IMG/VR virus record: IMGVR_UViG_3300045609_000068
Span: 18,501 to 82,500 of that record
Source of the DNA: a virus
Lineage: Duplodnaviria; Caudoviricetes
Direction: 5' to 3' (one strand)
DNA: 64,000 nt
This document shows positions 48,720 to 58,461 of this stretch, piece by piece. Each line of letters begins with the position of its first letter. Positions within the stretch are counted from its first letter, which is position 1. The translations under genes were made by a program, and so were the position numbers. The notes beneath the pieces are model-generated. The model made no database searches and had not been told where the DNA came from. It saw nothing but the letters and a program-made list of their open reading frames with translations.

Positions 48720-49018
48720 TGGTACATACCAAACCAAACGGATGCGGATGCAGCAAAGGGATATTCAAATATCTGAAACCTCCTTACCACGATATGTTCT
48801 ATTCGGTGTGCTGTATGCACGACGACGCATACGATCGCGGGGGAAGCGAGAAAGACAGAAGAATGGCCGATATAAACTTGTTTGAAGGGATGATGAAAAA
48901 GTCCCTTCAAGAGGGAGGTTGCGCCCCGTTCAGAATAGTTTGGATGACCTTTATTGCAATTTTGTACTATATAAATGTAAGAGCGTTCGGTTGGAATTAT
49001 TTTAACTTTAAAAAATAG
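48719..49018 (+). CDS. Small phospholipase A2-like / DUF1353-like protein
   Basis: NGCG...CCMHDDAYDRGG...RRMAD. Confidence 0.5.
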   Translation: MVHTKPNGCGCSKGIFKYLKPPYHDMFYSVCCMHDDAYDRGGSEKDRRMADINLFEGMMKKSLQEGGCAPFRIVWMTFIAILYYINVRAFGWNYFNFKK

Positions 49019-49029
49019 GAGATAAATTT

Positions 49030-49317
49030 ATGGTAAGAAAGTACGTAAAAAAACCAGTTGAAATTGAAGCAATTCAATGGAAAGGAGATTACGAGTCAGT
49101 TGAAGAAGTAAAAAATTTTGTAGGGGAAGATGCGGTATTTAATACTGAATATGCGCAAAATAATGCTGTTCCTCCACAAATGAAATTGGCTATTCACACA
49201 TTAGAAGGTGAAATGCAAGCAAATTACGATGATTACATCATCAAGGGTGTAAATGGAGAATTCTACCCATGTAAGCCAAACATTTTTGAAAAGACTTATG
49301 AACTTTGTCATGATTAA
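49030..49317 (+). CDS. Conserved phage hypothetical protein
   Basis: KYVKKPVEIEAIQW...TLEGEM...DYIIKGVNGEFYPCKP. Confidence 0.8.
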   Translation: MVRKYVKKPVEIEAIQWKGDYESVEEVKNFVGEDAVFNTEYAQNNAVPPQMKLAIHTLEGEMQANYDDYIIKGVNGEFYPCKPNIFEKTYELCHD

Positions 49318-49342
49318 TAACTAAAAAACAGGAGATAAGATT

Positions 49343-49603
49343 ATGTTAAACAAATTAATGAGCAACAAGTTGATTCTTGCAGTAGTTGCAATGATTCTCG
49401 CAGCGGTATACGCTTTGCAGGAAAAGAATCTGGGTACTCCAGAAGTAAACGTAGCGATATTCTCGGTATTGTTCGGAGCGGTGTGCGGAGCTTTCTGCGA
49501 ACTGGCACGTATGCTGATGATGCGTGAAAAGTACAATTACACCAACATCATATCATGGGTGATAGGTGCAGTTGCAGGTGCAATCATCATATTCGTGATA
49601 TGA
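49343..49603 (+). CDS. Three-TM membrane protein (holin/antiholin candidate)
   Basis: Hydrophobic helices; lies in the lysis region. Confidence 0.55.
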   Translation: MLNKLMSNKLILAVVAMILAAVYALQEKNLGTPEVNVAIFSVLFGAVCGAFCELARMLMMREKYNYTNIISWVIGAVAGAIIIFVI

Positions 49604-49842
49604 ACATAATCCGATGGATTAAGGAATCCAACCGCTGGAAACACTTGGTCTACGGATATGCTATCGGACTCGGTGCCGACGATGCCTACTGCGCAGCTTA
49701 TACGGGCGTGGGCATTGCCTCGGCATTGGAGTTCAAAGACCGAGCATGGGGCGGGTCGTGGGACTGGGCTGACTGGGCACTCACCGTTGCTGGTGTTGCG
49801 GCTGGATATGCAACGCGATTATTAATTGGAAAATTATTATGA
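49600..49842 (+). CDS. Small membrane protein
   Basis: Start MNIIRWIKESNRWKH overlaps the upstream stop (ATGA). Confidence 0.65.
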   Translation: MNIIRWIKESNRWKHLVYGYAIGLGADDAYCAAYTGVGIASALEFKDRAWGGSWDWADWALTVAGVAAGYATRLLIGKLL

Positions 49843-50300
49843 CAGACATTAAGACACTCTTCGCGACACTCTTCGCTGCACTCGTCGCATTCGTACATCC
49901 GATACAGGATTTCATGGTAGCTGCGGTAATGCTATTCTCGCTGAATTATATTTTCGGGCTTACCGCTGACATATCCACTGGAGGTGGATGGAGCTTCCAT
50001 AAAAGCATGGTTTTCTTCTACCATTCGTTCCTGTTTTTCGGGCTTGCATTTTTCGTATTCGCAATAGGGCATTTCCTCCATAACGATGTAGGGGCTGTGC
50101 AGTGTGTGTCTTTTCTGTGCTATGCTGCCGTATATTTTTTTGGTACTAATATTTTCAGAAACATGTTGCAGATTCTTTCATACGGATCACCCATGTGGCG
50201 GCTCGTATCTTTTCTTTATTATATTTTCAGTTTGCAGTTCACGGAAAGGCTGCCGCTTCTGAAAAATTATCTAAAAAACAAAAAAGAAAAAAATGGATAA
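49839..50300 (+). CDS. Holin-like multi-TM protein
   Basis: Three to four TM segments and a basic C-terminus; directly upstream of the endolysin. Confidence 0.6.
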   Translation: MTDIKTLFATLFAALVAFVHPIQDFMVAAVMLFSLNYIFGLTADISTGGGWSFHKSMVFFYHSFLFFGLAFFVFAIGHFLHNDVGAVQCVSFLCYAAVYFFGTNIFRNMLQILSYGSPMWRLVSFLYYIFSLQFTERLPLLKNYLKNKKEKNG

Positions 50301-50808
50301 AAAACAATTTGTCAAATGGATATATCCGCAGGCGAAAAAGAACGCTGACATTTCACCTGTGTTCGTCACCGCACAAGCGGCACTGGAAAGCGGATGGGGA
50401 GCCAACGCAATAGGCAACAACCTGTTCGGGATAACTGTAGGCAGCCATTGGAACGGGAAGAAGCGTCTTGTGCTTACCCATGAGAATTTCAGCCGTTCCG
50501 ACGTAAAGTTCAATCCTCCCGAAAAAGTAACCGACATCAAGCATCTGTCTCAGAAGAACTACAGATATACTGTGTATAGATATTTCCGCGATTATGACAA
50601 TGTTTCCGACTGCCTTGCAGACCATACGTCCATCCTTAAAAAGCCTCAATTCGCCGACGCTTGGCCTTACAGACACGATGCCGTGGAGTTCACCAGACGC
50701 ATCGTCGATAATATCGGGAGCAAATATGCCACTGACACACGTTATGTATCGACTTTGCTTTCCGTGATATCGGACGTAAGCTCCATCGTAAAACAGTTAA
50801 ATCTATAG
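50293..50808 (+). CDS. GH73 glucosaminidase/FlgJ-type endolysin
   Basis: AQAALESGWG, NNLFGI, FRDYDNVSDC, KYATD. Confidence 0.9.
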   Translation: MDKKQFVKWIYPQAKKNADISPVFVTAQAALESGWGANAIGNNLFGITVGSHWNGKKRLVLTHENFSRSDVKFNPPEKVTDIKHLSQKNYRYTVYRYFRDYDNVSDCLADHTSILKKPQFADAWPYRHDAVEFTRRIVDNIGSKYATDTRYVSTLLSVISDVSSIVKQLNL

Positions 50809-50811
50809 GTT

Positions 50812-50973
50812 ATGGAAAAAATGACAATAGACATCCACGTACAGGTCACGACCGACGGGACGAGGGATGATGCAATCAAAGACTTGAGGGACATGCTGGA
50901 CCTTGACGGGATGGAGGACGAGGAACACGGACTAACCACGATTGACGATATAACTATAGAGGGGGAGAAATGA
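50812..50973 (+). CDS. Small acidic hypothetical protein (53 aa)
   Basis: Manual ORF MEKMTIDIHVQ...; ATGA overlap with the next gene. Confidence 0.5.
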   Translation: MEKMTIDIHVQVTTDGTRDDAIKDLRDMLDLDGMEDEEHGLTTIDDITIEGEK

Positions 50974-51386
50974 AAAGGATACGAGTTGAAAGAATGTCAT
51001 ACAAACTTACGTACACAATCGGGAAATTATACGTTTCCGACGACGAAAAGGGAGGCGCATGGACGTACTTTTGCGACACGCTTGAAGACCGATACCGCGG
51101 CGATGACATGGCGAACAAGGTGAAAGGAAAAACCGCCATCCCGAAAGGGAGATACCGTGGAGTCGTAGATTATTCCCAGCACTTCAAAAAGATGATGTTG
51201 CATATATTGGGAGTCCCTGGGTTCGATGGTATCAGAATACACAGCGGAAATACGTCGGAAGATACGGAAGGCTGCATACTCGTTGGTTACAATACAGACA
51301 AAGGGAAACTGACGAAATCACGTGCCGCATGTAGCAAGCTGATGACTTTCATCAAAGGGGAAAACTTCGAAATAGAGATAAACTAA
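50970..51386 (+). CDS. DUF5675 family putative peptidoglycan peptidase
   Basis: TIGKLYV...CDTLED...TAIPKGRY...GIRIHSGNTSEDTEGCILVG. Confidence 0.8.
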   Translation: MKRIRVERMSYKLTYTIGKLYVSDDEKGGAWTYFCDTLEDRYRGDDMANKVKGKTAIPKGRYRGVVDYSQHFKKMMLHILGVPGFDGIRIHSGNTSEDTEGCILVGYNTDKGKLTKSRAACSKLMTFIKGENFEIEIN

Positions 51387-51405
51387 ATATTTTAAACTTG
51401 TAATT

Positions 51406-51876
51406 ATGAGTATTATTGAGAAAATCAAATCCTTGTCCAACAAGGTTGCAAACTGGTTTACCAACCTCCTTGCAAAAAATGACAGCATGGTAAAGGTTTC
51501 AGCACCTATCGCCGTGCATGTGCTCAACATGATAAAGAATGCGAACGCTTCCGGTGTGACGGACGTCCTCGGTCTTATCGTACAGTCGGTGGGCGTAAAA
51601 TGGGGCAACTCGGCAGCTTCCCTTGTCAAGAAATGGATTAGCGAGAATATCGACAAGATTATATCAGGTGTCGGTATCGCTGATGCAGCCGCACAGTCCC
51701 CTGACGTAAACGTAAAGATTAAACTCGTGAGCCAATACATAGCATCGCTGAATGTAGATATCAAGGGAGTAAAGATTTCGGAGCTTGCATCAATGCTGGC
51801 TAAAGACCTTGACGACAGCAAACTGAGCATCGTGGAGATTGTAGCGATCGTGACCGCAATATATAAAACCGAATAG
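51406..51876 (+). CDS. Hypothetical protein
   Basis: 156-aa ORF in the lysis operon. Confidence 0.7.
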   Translation: MSIIEKIKSLSNKVANWFTNLLAKNDSMVKVSAPIAVHVLNMIKNANASGVTDVLGLIVQSVGVKWGNSAASLVKKWISENIDKIISGVGIADAAAQSPDVNVKIKLVSQYIASLNVDIKGVKISELASMLAKDLDDSKLSIVEIVAIVTAIYKTE

Positions 51877-51878
51877 CC

Positions 51879-52523
51879 ATGGGTACGAGCGTGCAAGTAA
51901 CCAACAATGACGGGAAGGGAGGCACGATAGTCTCCATCATCGTCATCGTCATATTGCTTTCCGTTTCTGGTTTCCTTTACGTGCTTTACAACAAAGCGAA
52001 CAAAGAGCTTAAAACGGAACAGGACAACAAGGAAAAATTGTCGCAGAGCATGAACGCCTTGTCCGACAGCTGCAAGACCTATCAGATCAAGTGGGGAAAG
52101 GACAAAAAATTATGGGCAGCCAAGGTGCAGACACTGTATATGGAGAAACAGAACGTTTCAACCATACTTTCCGATAAGGCATCCGACCTGAAAAGAATGG
52201 GCATCAAACTGAAAGACGTGTCCTCGCTGGCATATTCCAACACTAGGACACACGACAGCGTTACCGTCCCTGTATATATCGACAGCATAAAATCGCTCCA
52301 TGCCGACTATAAGGATAACTTTGTTGACATATCCGCGACAATATACCGCGACATGACTTCCAGTATCAGGTACGAAAGCAGGGACAGCTTTACGCTCGTA
52401 AATTACATTTCATACAAGCGTTTCCTCTTTTTCAAATGGGGAAGAAAAGACGTGTTCCTTCTGACTGCGAAGAATCCGAAGACAAAAGTGGAGGGACTTA
52501 AAATATATCAGATACTAAAATGA
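51879..52523 (+). CDS. Inner-membrane-anchored coiled-coil protein (DUF6549/spanin-like)
   Basis: Single N-terminal TM, coiled coil, KRFLFFKWG near the C-terminus. Confidence 0.6.
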   Translation: MGTSVQVTNNDGKGGTIVSIIVIVILLSVSGFLYVLYNKANKELKTEQDNKEKLSQSMNALSDSCKTYQIKWGKDKKLWAAKVQTLYMEKQNVSTILSDKASDLKRMGIKLKDVSSLAYSNTRTHDSVTVPVYIDSIKSLHADYKDNFVDISATIYRDMTSSIRYESRDSFTLVNYISYKRFLFFKWGRKDVFLLTAKNPKTKVEGLKIYQILK

Positions 52524-52605
52524 CAACTGTTGACAGGAAGGAGGTGTTCATCATGCAGAAGCTTCAAGGCAAGTGCGGAGGCGGCGGTAAGAAACGCTAA
52601 CCGGG

Positions 52606-52631
52606 AAGGCGGGGTCAATCCCGCCTTTTTT
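52606..52631 (+). terminator. Intrinsic terminator
   Basis: AAGGCGGG-GTCAAT-CCCGCCTT followed by T-tract. Confidence 0.75.
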
Positions 52632-52676
52632 CTTTCTGTCAAGTGCATTTCGTTGTTCCTTTTTAAACGCATACGG

Positions 52677-52684
52677 ACTATATA
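52677..52684 (+). promoter_or_regulatory. ACTATATA putative phage promoter
   Basis: Exact motif 17 nt upstream of the 52702 start, after the terminator. Confidence 0.6.
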
Positions 52685-52701
52685 ATAATAAAGAGCATTG
52701 C

Positions 52702-53547
52702 ATGAAAACGTACACAGTTAAAAGTGGCGAAAACATATTCGACATCTCGCTGAAGCTGTTCGGCAGCATTGAGGGCATATTCGATATTCTTGTGGAGAAT
52801 AGCGGATTGTCGTTCGACGGAGATCTCACGTCAGGCATGGTGCTCAGCTACGACGAGGATTTCGTCATCAACTCGAACATAACGAGCCAGCTTGACGAGG
52901 TGGATGCCGACGTGCGTAACGGTCAGGACTATTACAGGCATACGGACATCGAGGACTGCGTGAATGAAGTCATAGACGCGCACAATAGCCAGATAGTCGC
53001 ACAGATTACGGAACTCTCAAAGGACATCCCGACGAATGCGGCATCAATCCTTTCGCTGATATCCAAATATCATCCGACGACCTTATCGGGGTTCGAAACG
53101 AAAATGGGATATTGCGACTTGGTGTACAACGGGACCACATCGGCAACGGACAAGGAATCCGCAAACACCATGAGAACCGCCATAGAGGGAATGTCGTATG
53201 ACGAGAAACAGAACGAGATAACCACAAAGCAGACCCCTGTGATACTCTGCATCCAAAGCGGTAATTTCGCATCAATGGCACTATGCGCAAGCGACGACAG
53301 CGTGATAGCGGTGGACTGGGGTGATGACAATACGCCCGACGTTTACACGGGTTCCGACGAACCCATCTACCCCGAACACGGATATGCGGACGACGGAACG
53401 CATTATATCACCGTATACGGATGCACCGACTACAAACTGCTTGACCTTTCGGGGATAAGCGGAAGCATATACCCGATGACTACGATAAGGACGAATAAGC
53501 TGATTACGGCAGATAACAAGAAATACAACTTAATCATAACAACATAA
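52702..53547 (+). CDS. LysM-domain baseplate protein (gp53/tail X-like N-terminus)
   Basis: YTVKSGENIFDISLKLFGSIEGIFDIL..N. Confidence 0.7.
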   Translation: MKTYTVKSGENIFDISLKLFGSIEGIFDILVENSGLSFDGDLTSGMVLSYDEDFVINSNITSQLDEVDADVRNGQDYYRHTDIEDCVNEVIDAHNSQIVAQITELSKDIPTNAASILSLISKYHPTTLSGFETKMGYCDLVYNGTTSATDKESANTMRTAIEGMSYDEKQNEITTKQTPVILCIQSGNFASMALCASDDSVIAVDWGDDNTPDVYTGSDEPIYPEHGYADDGTHYITVYGCTDYKLLDLSGISGSIYPMTTIRTNKLITADNKKYNLIITT

Positions 53548-53548
53548 A

Positions 53549-54466
53549 ATGAGCGAGACATTAAGCCAGATATACGCCAAGGCGAAATTGACCAGGGACA
53601 ACTACCTACAGATTACGGAGCTGAATACAGGGAGGACGGACAGCAAGTTATCAATACTGAACCTCCTCACGTATGTGGTCAGTTCCATGATATACGCCTA
53701 CGAGACGATTTTGGACGTGTTCGAGGTTGACATAGCCAAGATGATTACGTCTAGAATTAACGGTACGCCGCTATGGTATGCTAAGATGGCACTTCTCTTC
53801 CAGTACGACAGCGACACGAACACCGGCGACAAACTTGTCGTAAACGACGATACGCTGAAACTGGAATATGAGACGGTCAACGAGAACCACCGCATCATTT
53901 CCAATGCCTCATACGACGAGGAGAGTGACGGAAGCCTGACGCTGAAAGTGTGCAAATCCTCATCCGATGATGCCGTTTCGCCGCTTACACCACTTACCAG
54001 CATGGAACTTTTCGCCTTTCAGAACTATATGGACGATCTGAAATTCGTCGGTTCCGTCATCAACTGCGTAAGCCGCCCCGCCGACATCCTCACATTGAGG
54101 AACTGCGTGATAACATACAATTCAAAATACGCGACGGAAAAGGACGTAATCAGCAATATCAAGACGGCGCTTTCCAAGTTCACCAAGGAGATAGACTTCA
54201 ACGGATATATCTATTTCGAGGCGGTAATGAACACCATCTACAGCGTCGATAACATCATCAACATCGACGATGCTGCTGAGCTTTATGTCGCTTCATATAA
54301 CGACCAGACCGATTCCTACGATACATATTCTCCTACGGACAACAAATACGGGGATTCCATATCAGGGAAAGCAAAGGCAAAGGCAGGGTATGCAGCATTC
54401 TATGACAGCGACGGGGAATCAACCGTCACTACTGGCAATATCACATTAAGGGCACAGTATGAATAA
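53549..54466 (+). CDS. Baseplate J-like wedge protein
   Basis: GTPLWYAKMALLFQY; VINCVSRPADIL; position in the module. Confidence 0.65.
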   Translation: MSETLSQIYAKAKLTRDNYLQITELNTGRTDSKLSILNLLTYVVSSMIYAYETILDVFEVDIAKMITSRINGTPLWYAKMALLFQYDSDTNTGDKLVVNDDTLKLEYETVNENHRIISNASYDEESDGSLTLKVCKSSSDDAVSPLTPLTSMELFAFQNYMDDLKFVGSVINCVSRPADILTLRNCVITYNSKYATEKDVISNIKTALSKFTKEIDFNGYIYFEAVMNTIYSVDNIINIDDAAELYVASYNDQTDSYDTYSPTDNKYGDSISGKAKAKAGYAAFYDSDGESTVTTGNITLRAQYE

Positions 54467-54477
54467 ACGGACGATAT

Positions 54478-55053
54478 ATGGACACGAATAGATATAACAT
54501 CACCGACTACAAGCTGATATGCCGACTCCTTCCGTTCTTTGTCAGGGGAAGATTTACGGTACTTCTGCTAGAGTCCCTGTTCTATCCGCTTTCATTGGTC
54601 CATGCCAAATTTTTGGTATGGGCACTGGAGAGGATGGTGGAGGCGTCGATAACATCACAGCCTAAGTCGCTGATATGGTATCTGAACCATTGTTTCAGAG
54701 CGTATTTTTCCGATAGCAGCGCATCGTTCGATATAGCGGACCCTACTTGCAGGAACTTCTCCAGCGCGATGATATACCACAGCTACGAATACAACTTCCT
54801 CGCCACTTCGATATTGCGATGCTACAGACTCGCGGACACGCCAAAGGAACCGTATGAATCCATCACGATATATAATACGTATGAGGATGTTAAGTCCAAT
54901 ATATCCGCACTGACTCTTTTCGCCCCGGCAACCAAATACGGAGGCGATTCAATATCCCGTGAAATTTTACACGACTACAAGGTTAAAATAATGTCAAAAG
55001 CGGACAATTACGTTCTCATGGGTGTGGATTACGAAATACATATAACTAAATAA
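54478..55053 (+). CDS. Baseplate gpI-like protein
   Basis: Position between the J-like gene and the fibre; QPKSLIWYLN. Confidence 0.5.
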   Translation: MDTNRYNITDYKLICRLLPFFVRGRFTVLLLESLFYPLSLVHAKFLVWALERMVEASITSQPKSLIWYLNHCFRAYFSDSSASFDIADPTCRNFSSAMIYHSYEYNFLATSILRCYRLADTPKEPYESITIYNTYEDVKSNISALTLFAPATKYGGDSISREILHDYKVKIMSKADNYVLMGVDYEIHITK

Positions 55054-55064
55054 ACAATCAAGAT

Positions 55065-57581
55065 ATGAAAGAATTTCAGTCAGACAATGGCGGCCGTCGT
55101 CTATATATAGAGGACATCGAGAATCTACAGAACATAGCGCTGCTGCTACAGACATTCTTCTGCGGGACTGCTTACAACGGAGCGACGCCCAGCCTTAATT
55201 TCGTTCTTTCGGGTTGCACGTACACAAACACGGACGGCATAGCCGTGATTTCGGATGGGTATGTGTACCTTAACGGCAAGATACGGAAAGTGCCTTCAAG
55301 GAATGTAAGCGGAGCCGCCAGCGTGTATATATGCGAAGACAACGTGACAACTGGGCACGACATCGTGTATGCGGACAATCTGTCCCATAAAGGGCAGCAG
55401 TATTACGACTATGCAGCCAAGATAGTCGTCGGCACGGAAACGAAATCGGGTTCTTATATCACGATGGACAACACCACGCATCTGTTCCCGAACCTAGGCA
55501 ACACGTTCTTCCCGTATTACAACATCGTACACTCGTCTAATACAGTACAAAAGGTGAGCGGAGGATTGCAATTGGATGATTTGACGCTGCTTGAAATACT
55601 TTCTATGGGTAAGGGCCAGGTTACATCAAATTCGGATGGTTCCGTCATGTTATCATATCATGATTACAACAGTTCCAATTCCCGTGTATATAAGTTCTCA
55701 ATACGTGAAGACCGTCCAGAATTGGCGATATATAAGAACGGGGAACTCGTTGAGAATATCGACTATTTCCAAAATATGCTTTCAGACAGCAGTTTGGATT
55801 TCGTTGTTAACGGATGTATAACATACATTGAAAGCGGGAACAGATATGTAAGAATATCAGATGGACGTGTTTTCATCGGAGGCCATTTGGTTTCCGTTAC
55901 CGGTACTGAATTAAGTGCATCAACTGCCAGTACATATTTCATTGTGCTTTCTGAAAAATGGGATACTGACAGAACTGTTTACACAGCAACTATTCAAAGC
56001 AACTTGACAGATGCAGATCTTGTAGGGAAGAAATATATTAAATACGATTCTGTTACAGGATGGCCGACATTAGCCAATACTTGGTTCCCGCATTATTGCA
56101 TATCAAGAGAAAGTGCAACTCCACAAGTAATAAAAGGCGGATTAGTAAGCGACGGGGACCTTGTTGTTGAAGGCGAGCTTGATGTTACAGAAGGTGCAAT
56201 AATAAACGGAGGTGCAACAATAAACGGAGGCGCAACTGTGAACGGAGGTCTTAATGTAGATACACTTACCGTCGATATCATAAATGTAAAGAAGTACATC
56301 AATTTCAGCGGTATTAAATTAGGATTAGACCCTAATAACAGACTGCGTGTCTTATTGCCAGAGGACACTGACAAGCACATGTATGGATATGCTATAAATC
56401 CCGCGCATGATAGCACTGTGAATGAATTTGATTTCGGATATTGGGAACGTACAGACTACTCCCATGCTTTGCTGTTAACCGTAACCGCATTAAGCGAACC
56501 GACGATAACCGTGCATGAAGTGAACGGATCAGACATATTCGTAGGAGCATTCACGGGTACAAAATATTTCAAGTTGACAGGCGGCAAATCATATACCATC
56601 AGCGGCTCTGATATCAGCGGCTATAAGACACCGTCCATGAAAACTATAGTAATGCCTGAAAGCGGTCCTTATTCCGTTGATTTCACATACGTTAAATATG
56701 GTGTTCTTATTCAGTTGATAAGTGGTAATCTTATTGAATTGGCAAATTATAAAGATACGATGAAAGCTAGTGTAAACGGAATATACGTTGCTGATTCAAA
56801 CGGAATATTTATCATTGATTACAAGCTGCGCGAAACATTTACTAGCCGTTATGTAAGCAATGCCGAACATACAGTTTCAGTACATCCGTTCCCGAACGGA
56901 CATTCCGCATCTTTAATTAATGATAGTAAAATCGCAGCCATTAACAATAATTTCGCTGATTTCAGAAAAGCATTGTATCTTTTGAATGGCGCATATAACT
57001 TTGCGTATTCGTTAGAAGGTCAGGAATACGGATCTGTTGGAGTAGCCTCTACGAGTATGGAGAGCTTTGGAAGTGATTTGTATACATATCAATATTGGAA
57101 GAATCATGATCAATCTTCCAACCCTCTTGATTACGGTTATTACAAATTAGCAGATTTGGCAGCTATGATGGGAATTGAATCAAGTGCAATCATGGCGGTA
57201 TTCGATTACAAATTCGATTATCAACAAGTATATGACAAAGTGTTCTGGAGGATATATTCGTCACCTGATTCAGGAAGCGACGTGCATCTGCTTACTATGA
57301 GCGATACTGGTATGGTTTCAGCGGCATCCTCATCGTCTGACGATTTCATAGGAAAAGTCGATGGTTCTGTTGATATTGCTGCTACTGCGAAAGAAGGTTC
57401 GTTTTATGATGTATGGAACGGAAAAGATGGAAATGTAACTGAATTAAGAGCAATGGACACAGGTGGTTATGCTGTATATTATATGCACAAAGATGATAGC
57501 GGTGACGGTATCATAGACTATTATGCCAAAGGAACGGACCATATTGCGTTCGTATTACCAACTTATGAAATAGAAATATAA
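55065..57581 (+). CDS. Tail fibre protein 2 with a duplicated N-terminal domain
   Basis: 838 aa; repeated (N/D)FV-x-x-GC...ISDG-x-V...FP-x-Y...GGL units; GGATIN repeats. Confidence 0.7.
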   Translation: MKEFQSDNGGRRLYIEDIENLQNIALLLQTFFCGTAYNGATPSLNFVLSGCTYTNTDGIAVISDGYVYLNGKIRKVPSRNVSGAASVYICEDNVTTGHDIVYADNLSHKGQQYYDYAAKIVVGTETKSGSYITMDNTTHLFPNLGNTFFPYYNIVHSSNTVQKVSGGLQLDDLTLLEILSMGKGQVTSNSDGSVMLSYHDYNSSNSRVYKFSIREDRPELAIYKNGELVENIDYFQNMLSDSSLDFVVNGCITYIESGNRYVRISDGRVFIGGHLVSVTGTELSASTASTYFIVLSEKWDTDRTVYTATIQSNLTDADLVGKKYIKYDSVTGWPTLANTWFPHYCISRESATPQVIKGGLVSDGDLVVEGELDVTEGAIINGGATINGGATVNGGLNVDTLTVDIINVKKYINFSGIKLGLDPNNRLRVLLPEDTDKHMYGYAINPAHDSTVNEFDFGYWERTDYSHALLLTVTALSEPTITVHEVNGSDIFVGAFTGTKYFKLTGGKSYTISGSDISGYKTPSMKTIVMPESGPYSVDFTYVKYGVLIQLISGNLIELANYKDTMKASVNGIYVADSNGIFIIDYKLRETFTSRYVSNAEHTVSVHPFPNGHSASLINDSKIAAINNNFADFRKALYLLNGAYNFAYSLEGQEYGSVGVASTSMESFGSDLYTYQYWKNHDQSSNPLDYGYYKLADLAAMMGIESSAIMAVFDYKFDYQQVYDKVFWRIYSSPDSGSDVHLLTMSDTGMVSAASSSSDDFIGKVDGSVDIAATAKEGSFYDVWNGKDGNVTELRAMDTGGYAVYYMHKDDSGDGIIDYYAKGTDHIAFVLPTYEIEI

Positions 57582-57582
57582 T

Positions 57583-57807
57583 ATGAAAGAGTTCAAAGGG
57601 CTTGGAAATGACTACGCATTCCGTGAAAGCCTGAAAAAAGTCGTAGCAGCAAAGAACGAAGAAAAAGATGTTGACAATCAAGTTGCCGCAACCGAGGACG
57701 TTGAGCGAGATAAGGTCGCAGAAGCAGACCCCGATAACGTTCAAAAAGAAGAAGACGAAAAGAGGGAGGAACAGACTTCGGAAGAGGAAAAGGAAGAAAC
57801 CTTCTGA
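57583..57807 (+). CDS. Acidic hypothetical protein (possibly the N-terminal half of a frameshifted gene)
   Basis: 74 aa; overlaps 57668-58147 in another frame. Confidence 0.5.
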   Translation: MKEFKGLGNDYAFRESLKKVVAAKNEEKDVDNQVAATEDVERDKVAEADPDNVQKEEDEKREEQTSEEEKEETF

Positions 57808-58147
57808 CAAGATTGAAAATACCAAGACAGAGCGCGTAAAGAAATGCAGCTTTGCACAGTCTGCCTTGTGCGCCATGATGAAAGACGAGGCGCCGATCGA
57901 GTACAGTCTTATCGTCCAATACGCAAAATACTATAAGGTGAAAGTTTCGATGGAAATCGTCGAGAACATCATATACGCATCTGGTAATGTCGTTTTCGGG
58001 TCTTACAGATTCCAAAAAGCCCTAATGGACTTTTCGAATGGAAAGCCCGATGACAGGCGGATTGATATTCTCACAAGGATAAAATCGGAGCTGAAACACA
58101 AACTGGACAGAATTAACGGACAATGCAAAAGGCGCAAACGGGCCTAG
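57668..58147 (+). CDS. Hypothetical protein (first ATG at 57876)
   Basis: ORF followed by a terminator. Confidence 0.5.
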   Translation: MLTIKLPQPRTLSEIRSQKQTPITFKKKKTKRGRNRLRKRKRKKPSDKIENTKTERVKKCSFAQSALCAMMKDEAPIEYSLIVQYAKYYKVKVSMEIVENIIYASGNVVFGSYRFQKALMDFSNGKPDDRRIDILTRIKSELKHKLDRINGQCKRRKRA

Positions 58148-58166
58148 GCATTGCCCGTTTTTGTTT
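58136..58166 (+). terminator. Intrinsic terminator
   Basis: AAACGGGC-N9-GCCCGTTT followed by TTGTTT. Confidence 0.6.
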
Positions 58167-58461
58167 CACTTTTTTCTGCTAGGTTAATTATTGCAAAAAT
58201 TGTATGCCGATAATGACAACCTATAAAATTAATTATTATATTTGCGATGATTTTGATGCCTGCCAGCCGAGGAGACGGTTACAGGGTCAAGCGCAAACCG
58301 CAAGGAATGTGCATTTTAATCTCCTAAACCTTCACATCATACGAGAGTGTGGTGTGAAGTTGATTTAGGATATATAGTTCCGTCGGCTAAGCGGAACCTT
58401 TTTGTTTTATGCAAAAGCCATATCCATTTTCCTTTAGCTAAAATTAATCGGAAAATGGGGA

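Noticed and set aside
52520-52600. 26-aa ORF MTTVDRKEVFIMQKLQGKCGGGGKKR as an o-spanin
   Set aside because: No signal peptide or lipobox; too short to support.
55065-57581. Second DGR target in fibre 2
   Set aside because: No TR-like sequence or CLec C-terminus here; I found no other VR in the window by eye.
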